64,000 bases of DNA. Source: Basidiobolus meristosporus CBS 931.73. Taxonomy: Eukaryota > Fungi > Basidiobolomycota. The stretch covers positions 62,001 to 126,000 of the forward strand of contig MCFE01000178.1 of assembly GCA_002104905.1 (NCBI GenBank), given 5' to 3'. The notes under the pieces are model-generated. The model was not told the origin of the DNA and ran no database searches. It saw only the letters and a list, made by a program, of their open reading frames with translations. This document shows positions 61,961 to 64,000 of this stretch, piece by piece (the first letter of the stretch is position 1; each line of letters opens with the position of its first letter). The translations under genes and the position numbers were made by a program.

Positions 61961-64000
61961 CACTATTTCTGATAGGGATGGTTATTATATTTGTGGCTTG
62001 AACCCCCACTAATTCAATCTTACAACTGATAAGATGGTTCAATTTAATGGGCTTTCTATTTTTTCTCCTTATAGCATACATGTAGCATTGAATTCTTATC
62101 TTAGATACAATTCCTTAACAGCTAGACATGCCTAATAGGTGTCCTCAAATTGTTGTTGATCAACACCTGAAACTTGGCCAATTCTTCTAAGCTAGAATAT
62201 CTAGTACTCAAACTGATTTCCCCTAACCCAAACATAACTATTATCAGTTATGGCTTATTTTATCCCTTCTGAGTGTCTATTTTTAGCTTTTACACTGGAT
62301 GAATTTTCATGTGGACATTATCCTATCAATGAATCTGCCAAGTCTTCCCAGACAATTAGTCATCTGAGAACTACTCAATTACTTAGCAATTGCCAAAACA
62401 TCAACAGATTAATGATGCATTTTTCATTTATCTTATGCACCTATCAACATCCAAGTTGATTTCAATTAGTCCAGTCTCTTAGTGCTTACTAATTCAGCTT
62501 GATCAGAACAGTATCAATAGAGTTTACTGAACCTTTTGGTTTAGTGCATGTGTCAACAAGGTTAAGAAGTCAATAATATGGCTCTAGTTTTTACCCAAGC
62601 TTGGCTTATCTAGCACTCCCAAGAACACCAACCCTAGCCTGCATAGCAAACCAGCCCTGTTGCCTTTACAGCCAAGCCCATCTTTATCTCAGAACAATAT
62701 TTGACAAGAATCCTTCTGCCAATATTTCTGCTATGCTCTGACAATTTTAAGATTCTGCACTTAAATACCCCTTTGATTCAGTTAAACCATTCAGGAATTT
62801 TATTACACTCTTCTCTTTGATACAACATTTTTGTTTGTTGAATTCCATACATTCAACCACTTTATGAGATGTCCTCAGCAGCAAGCAATCCAAGCCTTTC
62901 CATGTTGAAAGAAGCCAGAAGAAATCAGGAAGAACTGACTGTCCCTTTGGCTTGGTTGAGCTATTCAAGAGCTTTATTACACTATTTAGCCAATTAAATA
63001 TCCATCAGTACTATCCAAATCATGCTACATGAGCTCCATAAAAATCATCAAGCAACTGAGATATCTTTTATTATCAGGAAGCTTCATTACAAGTAAATAT
63101 ATATGTATACAGTGTGTAGAAGCATAAACATGCAGAGTAGATTTGTTATGGAAGCATCAATTTAGGGCTTGGATTTTTTCACACTGGTCTCACAAAAGCA
63201 ATTCACTATGTAGTTTGTAGTGTACTTCCCTACCTTTTATCAATGATTTTACTACACAATGCTAACTAGATCATATAGATCAGGGCTTGTAAAGTACATT
63301 ATATGCACTGTAGCAGTGTTAACCCCCCATCAGATGGTGGTCCATGTGCTTTTAAGTATATGTATATTTGTTGTGGTCCAAAGTCATGCGTATGCCGCAT
63401 TACAAGCAATCAGTGCTTATTGTAAAATTGATTTGACCAATATTTTAAGCCATAGGCTACCATACCAGCGGGCTTCTGTGATGGAAATAACAAATATCAA
63501 TGTAATGAGCAACAAGAGAGCACTGGGGGCTGGGTAAAGCGTTTACTACTTCCCTCGCTGTGGAGACAAAAAACTCCAAAAATGCAAAATTATAAGGAAT
63601 CGCTGATGTTGGGTAAGCTTGGATAGGATTGAAGGAGACTGATCCCGGGCAGATTAGTTACTCGAAGTCGAATATTAACATACAAAAGCCAGGCCTTTGG
63701 AAGTGTTATTCTATTACTCGAAAACTATGGTATGGTATTACTGTTAATATGGTCTGAACTATACAAGCTATTCTTTGCTATGTACGTAATGGAAACGGAT
63801 ATATGGGAATTAAATATATAGGTCAACGGGTTGGACGGCAAAACGCTTATCTCACCGATCGGTTAAACCGGATTCCATGTACACTTCGATAGGGTTTCAG
63901 AAGGGACCGAAGTTAGAGCGGCTCCTTCAATGTTGAAAGTGTGAAGTATGGTCGATAAACGCAAATGAGGGAAGATTACAAAACGAGCAAAATTGGATGA

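Overview
Eukaryotic (fungal) genomic DNA, most likely from an early-diverging fungus. The short 55-90 nt introns, class IV chitin synthase, AA11-type LPMO and effector-less tandem-PAS protein fit Zoopagomycota/Mucoromycota, e.g. Basidiobolus-like; this taxonomy is inference. The window has three sharp compartments. (1) About 1-22.8 kb is an AT-rich, almost CpG-free graveyard of nested Ty3/gypsy, Ty1/copia, CACTA (CMC) and foldback/MITE remnants. (2) About 22.9-48.0 kb is a CpG-normal gene island with seven genes: EH/coiled-coil/2xSH3 intersectin-like scaffold, class IV chitin synthase, tandem-PAS protein, Zn2Cys6 transcription factor, acidic protein with two PAH/HHD-like helical repeats, a small basic hypothetical protein, and a secreted AA11-like LPMO with a Cys-rich tail. 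(3) About 48.0-63.5 kb is a second CpG-free transposon block. It holds a copia element with both LTRs and TSDs, a half-tRNAiMet primer site and an inverted LTR of its own family nested inside it, plus solo LTRs and CACTA remnants. CpG returns at about 63.5 kb. No rRNA, tRNA or CRISPR array was seen. All alignments and counts were done by eye; no database searches were run.
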